Shown in pieces: positions 25,001 through 31,392 of a DNA stretch of 64,000 bases. Position numbers and translations under genes: made by a program. The notes under the pieces were generated by a model. It was given only the letters and a program-made list of their open reading frames with translations, was not told the origin of the DNA and ran no database searches. Numbering within the stretch: the stretch's first letter is position 1; each line of letters starts with the position of its first letter. The DNA comes from a virus, in IMG/VR virus record IMGVR_UViG_3300032323_001800, positions 64,001-128,000 of that record. One strand, written 5' to 3'.

Positions 25001-25760
25001 GAGTGGTCGAACTTTGATAATATAATAATTCAGGAGCATCGTTAGGTACTTCAAATATAACTTTTCCTACTTGAGTTCCGCTGTTAGTCACTCCCTTGGT
25101 ATAATTTGATTGCTCACCTAATACATTTGAGGTTCTGATAAAAAACGGGTCGCCTGGCGAATTTACGTCAAATTCGTAAGTTTGGCCGCGGTATAAAGTA
25201 ATTGACGGATTTTTCTTAAGTCCGTCTGGATAAAAAATCCACTCTGATGTTCCGCTGGTTCTCACACGGTACGATGATATTGTTTCTCTTGCTTGTCCTT
25301 GAACAGCAACCGAATCAACTCCAACTGGTTGCCAATAATATTCTCTGTAATTAACAAATTTGTCCCAGTCAATAGGAGGAGCCCAAGCATATGAATCATT
25401 GCCTGTAATTTGATCATCTCTTTCTAGACTGTTGCCAAAGAATTTTAATTGATTTTTAAAATCAATATAATCGTTGAATTCAGAGATTCTATTGTTTTTT
25501 CTAACAACTACAGCAGGTTCTAATTGATAAGCATCACGTAATGTATCGGCTCTATCTATATAGACATCAGTCGAGTTAAAAGTTTTTCCGTACTTTCTTC
25601 CAATGTATCCAGATAACTTTTCTAAAGTACCTGGTTGTACAAGAGCGTCTAACGTAGCACCTAAGAATTTTTCATTGGCGTTAGTCTGAAAAATATCAGG
25701 TAACAGTTCAATAGTTCTTCTAATAGGCAATCCGCTAGATTTAAAAACTTTATTTTCCAT
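10062..25760 (-). CDS. giant baseplate wedge protein in the gp7 position (5232 aa)
   Basis: Uninterrupted ORF directly after gp6. Contains a cupredoxin-like segment (ITLYRGQTYEFDVNSPGDPFFI), FG-GAP-like propeller blades, CBM5/12-like W-x6-Y-x2-G-x2-V motifs, GSGA-type repeats and a coiled coil. The gp7 call rests on synteny. Confidence 0.7.
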   Translation of the reverse strand: MENKVFKSSGLPIRRTIELLPDIFQTNANEKFLGATLDALVQPGTLEKLSGYIGRKYGKTFNSTDVYIDRADTLRDAYQLEPAVVVRKNNRISEFNDYIDFKNQLKFFGNSLERDDQITGNDSYAWAPPIDWDKFVNYREYYWQPVGVDSVAVQGQARETISSYRVRTSGTSEWIFYPDGLKKNPSITLYRGQTYEFDVNSPGDPFFIRTSNVLGEQSNYTKGVTNSGTQVGKVIFEVPNDAPELLYYQSSTTRDRVGTFRIAEIKENTFLDIEKDVIGKQKYISSNGVKFTNGLRVKFEGQTSPSIYKQGSWVIEGVGDAIRLINWETIELPPISNPNPEVLFDDGGFDDQPFDESLSYPRSKDYITINRSSLDKNPWSRYNRWFHRSVLEYTGELNNTDAKIDENLRAKRPIIEFNADLQLFNHGVVAKTSVDLIDDFTTDIFSVIEGSSGYNIDGEPLTDGYRILFTADTDPLVKNKIFEVKFITVQASTNIVNRRQISLIETTDTVSNPGEGLVVKRGVENRNKMFHFNGESWIRSQEKTKVNQPPLFDVFDIDGVSVGDLTKYNTSSFTGSEIISYVIGTGNNDTELEFPLSYLNINNSGDIQFEFDWDRDNFSYQENFQIITELVNKGYYRNNRSLTEYTYENGWTLIDSKYLQAIIQTITVLEDTNVVISTACDWNSSTRDKTICYVNGNLVTPISTVIENNKKKITVSNKLISGDTVTFKVYSDAEPVDGYYEIPFGLERNPLNQDLQSFTLGQLNDHLGSMVELVDGFEGTYPGSGNLRDLIDYEQYGRRFLKHSGIPTLSINLLCNKETNIINSIRFASAEYEKFKNNFLTLAIELPYDNGDPVKFVDDILTTISQAKTIKSPFVDSDMVGSGAFTTIDYTVEDTGINVFSLGDKFDLSVISSKATYVYINNQQGINGKDYEFDATFGFVKILKPLNENDNIQIKEYFSTAFNFVPPTPTKMGMYKKYEPEIYVDTTYLEPKKVIRGHDGSITIAFNDFRDDLLLELEKRIYNNIKIEYDEETFDIDKTLSSFYKTGIFTQSNFNTVINQEFLRWASTTDIDLFGNNFYQVSNPFTYTYSQVVDKTTREELPSFWRGMFLSLYDTDRPHISPWEMLGFTQKPLWWEDEYGPAPYTSGNLILWEDLKDGIIRQGPRAGQHDRYKRSNLLDIIPTDEDGELKNPLLLNVLDNYSTFNNQLDFKFGDVAPAEYAWRKSSAYPFSVIFALCLLRPFEFIPASLDKTKVKKNKLGQLVSSNSNYFVKISDLLEILNGDITPSGLFYYIDNYLKVDLKDKTSLIEKLENFDINMSNRIGGFVDKSQQKYILDSKNPQASTSSVFIPPENYDIFFNIGSSVQSLTYSGVILEKSARAWIIRGYDRLNTYFEYYPSLPTNADPKIFVGGVSETYVAWQNNQFYTKGIIVRYNEQFFRSVTAHTSEDQFDATKWVRITQIPLVGAIEATKRTYFDKTDLKRLSYGTALETVQDVVDFLLGYGERLKDLGFVFDEFSSELQSVANWETTSKEFMFWTSHNWAPGAILSVSPAAIKLKLISTGGVADNLLDSFYEYTILKSDGTKLLPANIDVIRRYNEFAIAPVNIRDGIYFARINYVLKEHVVVFSDRTMFNDVMFDKGPGYRQQRIKVLGFRTTDWDGDYTSPGFLFDDVNIQPWSPFVDYKLGDIATYKEFNYVSKVAQSGEAEFNPSNWEKLDSRPETGLVANFDYRISQFEDFYDLDSEGLGSSQRELARHSIGYQSRDYLRDLAEDDVTQYRLYQGFIREKGTNNSIKKIFDKISSVDSDAIEINEEWAFRLGQIGGTDQFNEIEFKIGKDQFKLNPQPIILNDRSIDQNEYKNYIVLSDQNYQIGDSKNQIIQTKNISVPNSGAGYVNVDDVDFVIKNFDELIGNDVTQFNDGSVIWITYETGGWDILRYKITNVTVIAVAAIDQRNAVITTNRPHRLTTGTIIGLTNIKGLTGFYKIKASNTTTIVIEVLGFEEPPEIDQSSFCNVGVFLPARISSTDELIKEDFSILPLGSKVWLDKNATGNWEVLQRTKQYSKTGISEYGVSFPASMGSAVAYVPSRDQTIVSNPGARVASNDTSRDSAVIVYTQSLDGLVPSQVLSPIFEIAPELLGSYGTVLSVSPDGRWLLVASPTASGIPSGFKGQYSTSAEYNTNDTVIYTGKLWKANKPILGDGSTINLSSDDWSPVDLHEAQPAAKNLIGTNPGYPKQGCVDIFEFTQGQWTYRKTIISPRPEANELFGSSVSIGKQEGIEGTSGDVTLIVKAIDPNGGITIVDAVGTSGLKDATYQNIGGTDISDSGNGASFNITKSGGTYVVTVRNGGTRYALGDQINVLGTQVGGSSPENDLLITVTAIDTGGSIIGSETYSNLTGINSTIPTNEAVFNVTRTRNTYAVAIINRGVGYTGRSIVSYSAPGLGLRYYGCIKDTQTDRGVWDSNATYYTGDVVKYPFRSSSYYRVKNGLDGSIQEVQFVLPTDTDYWEVSEPILPTNLEYWEEVSAGTFLSLATPWKAYVTSTSDGNLGDLTKYRSGSTILVPGTTLGGDTPANDLLIRVSPNLPITTVGTFETNSTVVVGSTATLRVDMPIVFTGSAVGGISSGSQYFVKEIINSTSFTIYSDPLTKQIVTLTSASSPSANPMKFIDNSIRNFTISGVAKSGVSFVGTSVGLGSYSDIIGTDISQSGSGAIFELVRSNGRYAATVNVRGTRYNVGDQIRILGSNIGGASEAYYMAISAPGALDSKGRIYLYSFDGINWTQSDDNNFVGIFNPANDYATGSIVWYNNNYWRSTVPYFKNSGTTITTDTVGWELVNSLNAGILPIQPAYPNDGSSIEVGLVGDQTPELLNVGDRYGYSTTMSSDASLLVVGAPFADTADLENYKGTWKSYQEYNRNDVVKIVESAQPTYYKLLAIESLNQLPVSGTVWEKVSNASEYNTGAVFVYLKNQENIYELVQTIDDNDIITDDLESGDELGFKVVLSREGNLLFVSAPDADIKEKDKGAVFVFKNVNNRFEYIQRLESYSFDFFERFGDEISVSPTADTIAITAGSAVASTLINFDRGETNFDYLLTRFRDPVGITGKVYIYNRYGDTFILSESFDEGLITGENFGKSLACFDDRVIIGSPAFTSSEDAFLGSVIGKVQTFRKYKNINAWSPLRSQEPVVDLTLLKSLSLFDSDSNIKLLDVDVIDPLNGKILSVAEQELKFKTSYDPAVYSVGTSADASRAWFDNMVGYLWWDTSTVKWANYNQGDISYKLGGWNSLAYGSSIDVYEWVETEYLPSEWADITVTADAFSVGVSGTPLYPDNSSYSVKENVDILTGRVSSRIYYYWVKDKITLPTNKNFRKIAASSVAQYIQNPLGTGITFAALIDNEKIAVYNPTIAITGNNVSVTIQFYKNSKQINQVHREYQLLTEGVADSLPSPELENKWIDSLIGYDITGKDVPDFKLPTKFKYGLSSRPRQSMFVDRNKATQITLDFINNILKTRPFAEIINTTRLNSFEVAPADVKNLYDRTVETKEELALVSTSKISPAILKANIANGKIDTVDVIEAGYGYRVSPPIIVTGSGSGAILRANIDRLGRVISVTVVNSGAKYLSAALSVRQFAVLVKSDSTVRNYWSIYSWNEKAKEFYRTATQSYNTRNYWTTIDWWAEGFSEKSRITNEIVGLYQESEVNLTIGQLLRIREYGAGNWAVLERTSIENSTILDKYRLVGRSNGTIQINDSFINTESNSTGYDKTTSFDSNGYDQSSAREFRIILESVKNDIFLDDLRVEWNKLFFANIHYAFSEQLYVDWAFKTSFVNAIHNVGNLTQKITYKSDNLPSYQKYIEEVKPYRTKIREYTSRYIRTENTSTSFSDFDVPSVYNPDTNSIEPVKIISTEIDTYPWKYWLDNYKYSVIDIQISNVGSGYKTVPIVVFEGGGGTGASARAFISNGKVSRIVLTNSGTGYISAPTVKLVGGVGTNLSNAATAIAVIGNTKARTFDVSMKFDRVSKSSTFTAKALDEKFKEIQTFTGTGSKTVFELKYPAALDKTKVNVYTKLITDTTTSPGQKLLTGQYSVSIDTTKVNGLTIQVGKLTLNSAPAKTILVTVEYEKNDQSLDSLNRIDKYYNPTDGMIGLEKTVIRDDITQEIIKIDYDYSQLITGIDFGGVVVQGATLDVSGGWDALPWFTEGWDSVDSLNSDFYITADGTTNMFVLPEVPLDGQAINIYLRNSVTGIYERIDDTNYTEFVTVLQGQNLNERRNNLEDQQTTLESQIINQNLIKQQKLNLLNQAQIDRNSANTLLLNKQLEISSIESDITQAENDRGDLQVELSVLNNQKSSIEIQIASTPPTIFVPPSNVIPNPAYQTLVNQLDAIVSAIDDKQTEINDKQDEIDALNVTLDALEAAEAPLILALSNANSALATATTEYNTATQSVVLLEQTLDQVLQNILVLSDAPIDTAVMDTFIGDGSTRSIVIPPAVTIQDGDVLIFRPDTSDGSLSITDANLIDADVSGGLLSSNTTGNLVAPNAINGAYSTATGLTAAEIVIEGDKFISPDQVPAPEENIPGQVLESVSIKVFHSDRQGAPAILSRIYTADGTTILYNIGQTILENSSVIVFVDKVKQEVDVDYTFVSDTQQIRFLTAPINNSLIEIFSISIGGVEILDYREFVGDGSNRYFLTAASYAEAGRVFATVDYSTTPVAFVNSNGVVNNIDKALVEFGIAPPNGSKVSIIVLSGESGTDNSIVRANYQTITVTNTSQRTYAVTDFVELQASATGNVIVELNNKLLRCADTVIQTYDGTNRIVNVGRDPLKTFGGIVQAQVRAYINNIPLIFGIEYEFSAATNSVNVIKQNINHGDVIRVETYEAVQYEIIDNNLVLSNDVILTAGDKIDIIWFDRYSSVDLVKDVRTGGQLNYPLQRAPLGVSYVWVYKNGDRLTPDVDFYIDYPRNTVYLKDSNTEDDEIEIISFATEVYKQPFAFEIFKDILNSHHYNRYTVTDVKLTKELNYYDDEMEVNDATTLSTPQLKLPGIVTINGERIEYLRKVGNVLKDLRRGTLGTSIAITHPVESYVVDVGYREIVPYKESQDRYDFVADGSSEIYTGLPFVPAARKNQQGILVEFTYTNSIPDNFYPCDTIEVFVQGRRLRKDPITVYDSTVGSYSPAGDVTLEAEFSVDNQTNAIRITQTPPAGARITVIKRTGKVWYNQGADEVTTGVTLSQNTTPIAKFLQQRTTKLL

Positions 25761-25762
25761 CT

Positions 25763-28700
25763 TTATCTACTCGTTGTTGTAATGATTTGATTTGCTGACA
25801 AATTTAATTCAGTAGCTGTGATATTTGAAATAATTTCAATATTATCAACGTTTGCTGAACTAATAAAAATTTCATCGGGCCTTGATTGAATTTCTAACAA
25901 ACTTCCAAACACTTGATTAGGCTGTTTAGGTACTAACACCATGTTACTAATGTCAGGTGAATTTTGTGTAATAACGTATGTAATCAATTCGCTGGCAAAA
26001 AACTTATCGCCAAAGTCCCAATTTTCAATTGAAAAGAACTGTGCTATAGAGTTAATTATCCTAACTTTAAGGTCGTTATTATTAATCGACTTGGATGGAT
26101 TCTTGACCACTTTAAACGTAGCTTGAAACTCTGATTGTGCTATGTCACCAAACAATGAAAAATATCTCACCGGATGATAAACGATTTCATCACTGAGTGA
26201 TTTAATATCGTCTAATGTTGATCCAAACTGGATTTTTAATTCTTCGCTTGTTGGCGATGGCGGTTCAATGGTTCGATTTCCAGCAATCCACTGTCTGTAT
26301 TCAGTATCGTAAATTCTTGTTAGAAGATAGATATCAATAATATTACTTGAGCTAGGATCTATTCTTCTATCAACTCCGGCATTATGTATATACTGAAACT
26401 TAAGATTTGATCGGCCAACATATGCTACATATACTGGTTCTAATATAAAGGATCTTGTGATTAGGTCAGTTCTTTTAATAACATTTTCAGCAGAGTCGTA
26501 GAAATAAACTAGCTGGTTGTGCTCAAAGTCATTAACATTTGTATTAACTTCTCTATCACGAATAATGATTAGGCCATTTACATTAGGAACGTAAATTAAT
26601 TGTTTAGAACCAAAATCATCTAATTCTTCTTTAAAGAACAAATATCTATCGTTGTTATCAAATCCAACAACTTCGTCAAAACTATCTGGATTGTCAATTA
26701 CTCCGTCGTTGTCGGAATCATAATAGACAACTTTTATCGAATCAGTACTTTGATATCCATCATCATATCTCACAGAATCATAAATTTCAAAAGGCACGTC
26801 TTGTTTTAATACTTGATTTTGATCAACAATAGCCAACACCTCGTTAAACGTAAATGTTGGATTTGCGTTTCTTAATGTAACAATGTCTTGAGCAATCTCA
26901 ATAATGCTGCGATCTCTTCCTTCTGGAACTCTATTAATTCCTAGAATCTTAATTTGATCTTTAATTACCTGTCTAGTTTTACTATCATAAATTTTTTCAT
27001 TTTTGTCAAAATAGAATCTATTTTGTAGTTCGCTGGCAAAAATATAGTCAGATGATCTAACTCTAATAATATATTCGTCACCATCAAAAATAAACGCAGC
27101 TAACCACGAACTATCAATATTTGTATTTCGAGTGTCGCCTGCTTGTCCTAAACTAAAATTACCATTTAAGTCAAGATTTGAGCTTGTTACAATTTTCCAT
27201 TGTCTTGTTGATATGTCATATCGAATACCAAAAATTCTTGACGCAAACATCAACTCCACTACTTCAGTTTCAAACTCCGATGAAAAGTTATTAACAAACT
27301 TAGGGACTACTTGTGTAGGTAGAGCATTCGATGGAATTGGATCGCTTAATATGATTGGTCCAAATCCAGTATTAAGATTACCGCGACCGGCGTTAGTTCC
27401 GTCTCCAGCAACGCTAACAATTTTAGTCCATATATATTTTCTTTGATCTACATCAGCAGGATCGTATTCTACAACTTCATTATTTTTAAATGCTTGAGAT
27501 TCTTGAGGTGGAATAAATTTTACCAATGCGCCGGCTTCGACAAATCTCATGTTACTATTTGTGTAGATGCCTACCTGAACTGGTGTTCTATCAAACACAT
27601 TACCAAAATATCCGGTTGTTGATGTTTCGTCTGTAGTAGTTTGACTCCACGATACATTAACGTCAGATGTAAAAATTTTATCAAAGTTAGTAATGTAAAA
27701 ATTATAAATTTCACCTGAATCAATTATAGGCTCAAATGTATTTCTTATAAAATTTAAAATTGTATTTTTATTTTTTGATTTAAATGTAAAAGTTTTTTCG
27801 TAGTTTTTTCTATAAATTAACCCATCATCAGCAAACACATTTACCTTAGAATATTTTCCAGAGGCATCGATAATATCAAAATTTCTACTAATTCCACTGC
27901 TGGTTCTGTTAATGGATTTTACTTTTAAAATCTCTTGCGAACTGCCTAACGGAGCAAGATTATAATCTTCTCCGGTAATCATTCTGTTCTGTGTATAATA
28001 TATTGCCGGAGCATTGGTTCTTATTGATTCGATATCTTCCGACGGAGCACTGTTAGCTACGGTATAATTTAAACTCAATGAAAGTGTTAGAGTATGCTGT
28101 ATTCCTAACTTATTGACATAAGGTACCGCAATTGCAATTCCCTTAACTTCGCTTGGCTCTATTGAATATCTTAAACCATTCGATACTCTATAATAAACTC
28201 GCATAGCGCCAACTGGTAAATTTCCATATACACCGTCAGCAAAATTTAAATCAACAGCATCATCAGTTTTAGTAATAATTGAATAGATGTTTCGTTGATT
28301 ATTTTTTAAACTGTTGTAAGCAATATTGTTACCAACTACAGCCGAAACTTGTGTCCATAAATCTGTTTCAATATTTTGAGAATCAAGTTTGTACAGCCAT
28401 ATATCGTTGTTGTTAATCCCTGTGGTGTTTATGCTTACTTTTTCGTTAGGTACGGGCTGTGTTACCTGGAAGTCAGCAAGTTCTAAACTTCCTTGTTTAA
28501 ACATCATAAAGAATCCAGTATTAGGACTGGCATTACCTTTGCCGTCTTGTTTATAAACAAACCCTAATTTATTTCCTGGAAACGGTGCTTCTTCATAAAT
28601 TTTATTTTCGTCTTTGAATGTTGTACTAACGATTTCAAAGGCCATAAAGCGGCCGGCCACTGTCTTACTAAACGTATAAACAGGAACGTCTGCTGTAGAT

Positions 28701-29272
28701 GTATTAAATCTGTATTGATCAGTTTGAATACCGTCAATAACTGATGATAATTGGCTTCTGCCGAATTCTACATTATCGACCATCGATGAATTCATAACCA
28801 ACAAAAACTGTTCGAACCAGTTAGGGTTAGTAGGATCATTCCATTGGACTGACTGTCTTGCTAAATTTCTTCCGTTACTATCAATTAATGTGTCCGTGGT
28901 GCTGATAGTATCAAATTTTAATAGGCCACTAGCTCCGATATTTCTTTTAGCGTTATATGCCAATGTTCTGGCAAGTCGTAAAACACTTTCTTTACGTTCT
29001 GCTAGTTCAATAAAGTTTTCTCTAGATGCTAGATCAATGCGGAATGAAAGGCTTTGCCCTAAGAATGCAATTAAGTCAATTAAAGCAACATATTCGGAAC
29101 TTTCAATGTAATCGTTAAAATCTTCGGGATAGTTTTCTCTGAGATAAGAAATCATAACACGACGAAGATTTTCAAAATCGTATGATTTGAAATCTGCGTT
29201 TTTAAATGTTTGATAAACTCTAGTCCAATCTTCTGCTAGAATTAAATTATTTTGCCTTGCTGTTGTGGTCAT
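25763..29272 (-). CDS. gp6: baseplate wedge subunit (T4 gp6-like)
   Basis: N-terminal DFKSYDFENLRRVMISYLR...FNDYIESSE...IDLIAF...ENFIELAERKESVLRLARTLAY; ESIRTNAP...QNRMITGEDY. Confidence 0.85.
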   Translation of the reverse strand: MTTTARQNNLILAEDWTRVYQTFKNADFKSYDFENLRRVMISYLRENYPEDFNDYIESSEYVALIDLIAFLGQSLSFRIDLASRENFIELAERKESVLRLARTLAYNAKRNIGASGLLKFDTISTTDTLIDSNGRNLARQSVQWNDPTNPNWFEQFLLVMNSSMVDNVEFGRSQLSSVIDGIQTDQYRFNTSTADVPVYTFSKTVAGRFMAFEIVSTTFKDENKIYEEAPFPGNKLGFVYKQDGKGNASPNTGFFMMFKQGSLELADFQVTQPVPNEKVSINTTGINNNDIWLYKLDSQNIETDLWTQVSAVVGNNIAYNSLKNNQRNIYSIITKTDDAVDLNFADGVYGNLPVGAMRVYYRVSNGLRYSIEPSEVKGIAIAVPYVNKLGIQHTLTLSLSLNYTVANSAPSEDIESIRTNAPAIYYTQNRMITGEDYNLAPLGSSQEILKVKSINRTSSGISRNFDIIDASGKYSKVNVFADDGLIYRKNYEKTFTFKSKNKNTILNFIRNTFEPIIDSGEIYNFYITNFDKIFTSDVNVSWSQTTTDETSTTGYFGNVFDRTPVQVGIYTNSNMRFVEAGALVKFIPPQESQAFKNNEVVEYDPADVDQRKYIWTKIVSVAGDGTNAGRGNLNTGFGPIILSDPIPSNALPTQVVPKFVNNFSSEFETEVVELMFASRIFGIRYDISTRQWKIVTSSNLDLNGNFSLGQAGDTRNTNIDSSWLAAFIFDGDEYIIRVRSSDYIFASELQNRFYFDKNEKIYDSKTRQVIKDQIKILGINRVPEGRDRSIIEIAQDIVTLRNANPTFTFNEVLAIVDQNQVLKQDVPFEIYDSVRYDDGYQSTDSIKVVYYDSDNDGVIDNPDSFDEVVGFDNNDRYLFFKEELDDFGSKQLIYVPNVNGLIIIRDREVNTNVNDFEHNQLVYFYDSAENVIKRTDLITRSFILEPVYVAYVGRSNLKFQYIHNAGVDRRIDPSSSNIIDIYLLTRIYDTEYRQWIAGNRTIEPPSPTSEELKIQFGSTLDDIKSLSDEIVYHPVRYFSLFGDIAQSEFQATFKVVKNPSKSINNNDLKVRIINSIAQFFSIENWDFGDKFFASELITYVITQNSPDISNMVLVPKQPNQVFGSLLEIQSRPDEIFISSANVDNIEIISNITATELNLSANQIITTTSR

Positions 29273-29290
29273 ATTTCTTATCCTGTCTAA

Positions 29291-29298
29291 TATTTATT
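29291..29298 (-). promoter_or_regulatory. late promoter AATAAATA
   Basis: Intergenic, upstream of gp6, followed by an AGGA Shine-Dalgarno (SD) site. Confidence 0.6.
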
Positions 29299-29319
29299 TT
29301 GATTTATTATGTACGCATA

Positions 29320-29757
29320 TTAAATCGTAGGAATATTTCTACTGTCAAAATCTAAAATCATGCTATCAACCACGTTAAATGGAAGATACATCAGTTCAAC
29401 TTGTATTCGTATGCCGTGCTCTGTAGCTTCTATTACTACGTTATTAACCTTTGTTCTAGGATCATTATTAACGATTGCTTCAACATCATCGGCAACAACT
29501 TTTTTATTTGATTCACTCATTGGTTCAAAAATCATATCCCAAATTGCTGTTCCAAACTCTGGATTTTCTACTTTCTGTCCTCGTTTGATGTGGAAATGAT
29601 TAAGCAAATCTTGTTTGATTAAATCAATATCATACTGTTTAAACCCAGCTTTAGCATTTCTAGAATTAAATCCTTTGTATGTGAATGGCTTAGGATTAAT
29701 GTTTCCTATACTAGCTTGATTTGTAGCAACTGTTTTTTGATTATATAATTTTGCCAT
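29320..29757 (-). CDS. gp25: baseplate wedge subunit gp25 (GPW/gp25 family)
   Basis: DLIKQDLLNHFHIKRGQKVENPEFGTAIWDMIFEP...NDPR. Confidence 0.9.
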   Translation of the reverse strand: MAKLYNQKTVATNQASIGNINPKPFTYKGFNSRNAKAGFKQYDIDLIKQDLLNHFHIKRGQKVENPEFGTAIWDMIFEPMSESNKKVVADDVEAIVNNDPRTKVNNVVIEATEHGIRIQVELMYLPFNVVDSMILDFDSRNIPTI

Positions 29758-29758
29758 A

Positions 29759-31384
29759 TTATTCTCCTGTTACATCTCGGTCTGTTTTTTCTGGTGTAAC
29801 TTTTGTAGGGTCTAGATGTTCATGATCTGCCCACGGTTCGTGCATTGGTATTCTTTTCATTATAGATAATACAGTTTCTTGGCTCTTGTACTGTGTGTCT
29901 TTCCATGTCAATGTATCATCAATAACTGCTAGATTAAATGTTGTTAGTGCTGTCGGCTTAACTGATGCTGTTGCGACTTCTGCTGCTGATGCTGGATCGC
30001 AGTTCATTTCGATCCGTGCTGCTTCTTCGATATGTTTTCCTGCCGATTTGATATTAGTGTTTGTTCCTGCCTGTAATCTTAAATCTACAGATGTTTTTAA
30101 ACTAATTGTTCCAGTTGAAGAAATTTTAATTTTTCCATCGACTGTAGAATTACTATCGCCCATCACTTTAGAAAAAACATTAGTATCTACAGTTTGATGA
30201 TAGTTTCCTTTAATATATTCTTTTACATCCTTAGTAACAATGTTAATTAAATCAGTAGCTACTTCTGTCTGTACTCTACCTTCAAGAGTTTTAATATTAA
30301 TATTTCTTTTAGCTTCCATGTTGATATCTCGATCAGCACGAATGTTTAAATCATTTTTTGTATGAATTGAAATGCTATCTTCAGCAAAAATATCAACCTT
30401 TCCATTACTGGTTAATTCAATCCAAGTGGTTCCTTTAGCGTTACCAATGTAGATTAAATCTTCTGAGTTGTGTAATAAGATTTGATGGCCGGTGCGAGTT
30501 CTAATACGAAAGTATTCACTAGCTACTACTGTTGGGTCGCCTTTTTCATTGTTATCTAGATCAGCATATAACATCGGTCCTTCACTAGCTGGAGTTTTTC
30601 GTTGGAATCTTGAGTCACCGTCATCCATAACAAATGTGGTTCCGCCTAATCGACTTACCGGAACTTGGGTTTCGGACTTAGATTCTTTCTTACCGATATA
30701 GGCTTTTTTACCTAAGGGATCAATCGGACCGGGCGTACTGATTCCAAATACACTTCCGGGTAAATTTCTTCGCGGAGTAGAGGTTGATGGGCCCCTGATG
30801 TCATCCATTAACAGTCCCTGTTTTAGGTATGTTTCGGCAACTGGATGCACTGGTTTTTTTGCTGCGCTGATATTTGCACCAACTGCTACGTTAGCCGCTC
30901 GATTAACTTCTGCAACCGGTAATCCAACATTGGGCTCGTATTTTTGTCTATCTGCCTGAGCATAGTCAATGTTTTTACTCGACGCTATCGCAGGAACCAT
31001 GTGGTTCGCAAATCTGTCAGGAATACATGCGATCCAGTATCCTTCAGCCGGGTCACCGTCAATGAATACAACTAATACAGTAACACCGATATCTGGAGGA
31101 ACAAACCACATACCATACGATTTTTGTGTGTCGTTGAACGCTTGATCGTTGCCTTTATTTTCTCCCTGAAAAGAAAAATTTGTAACTCCGTAAAATGGAG
31201 TAGCGCATCTTACACTAAATGTTTGATTATCATTACCGAACTGATTACCGTTATCTTTTAATAAGGTAACTTCTAGTCCTCCCATGAAACTAGGATCTAG
31301 ATGGCCAACTACCTTAGCTTTGTACGGACCTCCGTTACCTAAGATAGTTTTTGAATTATACTGTTTTCTGATTTCTTGTGCCAT
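29759..31384 (-). CDS. gp5: central spike gp5/VgrG-like protein (OB fold plus beta-helix, no lysozyme domain recognised)
   Basis: YGMWFVPPDIGVTVLVVFIDGDPAEGYWIACI OB-fold motif; RIRTRTGHQILLHNSEDLIYI; 8-residue-type beta-helix repeats. Confidence 0.8.
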   Translation of the reverse strand: MAQEIRKQYNSKTILGNGGPYKAKVVGHLDPSFMGGLEVTLLKDNGNQFGNDNQTFSVRCATPFYGVTNFSFQGENKGNDQAFNDTQKSYGMWFVPPDIGVTVLVVFIDGDPAEGYWIACIPDRFANHMVPAIASSKNIDYAQADRQKYEPNVGLPVAEVNRAANVAVGANISAAKKPVHPVAETYLKQGLLMDDIRGPSTSTPRRNLPGSVFGISTPGPIDPLGKKAYIGKKESKSETQVPVSRLGGTTFVMDDGDSRFQRKTPASEGPMLYADLDNNEKGDPTVVASEYFRIRTRTGHQILLHNSEDLIYIGNAKGTTWIELTSNGKVDIFAEDSISIHTKNDLNIRADRDINMEAKRNINIKTLEGRVQTEVATDLINIVTKDVKEYIKGNYHQTVDTNVFSKVMGDSNSTVDGKIKISSTGTISLKTSVDLRLQAGTNTNIKSAGKHIEEAARIEMNCDPASAAEVATASVKPTALTTFNLAVIDDTLTWKDTQYKSQETVLSIMKRIPMHEPWADHEHLDPTKVTPEKTDRDVTGE

Positions 31385-31392
31385 GTTTGTCC

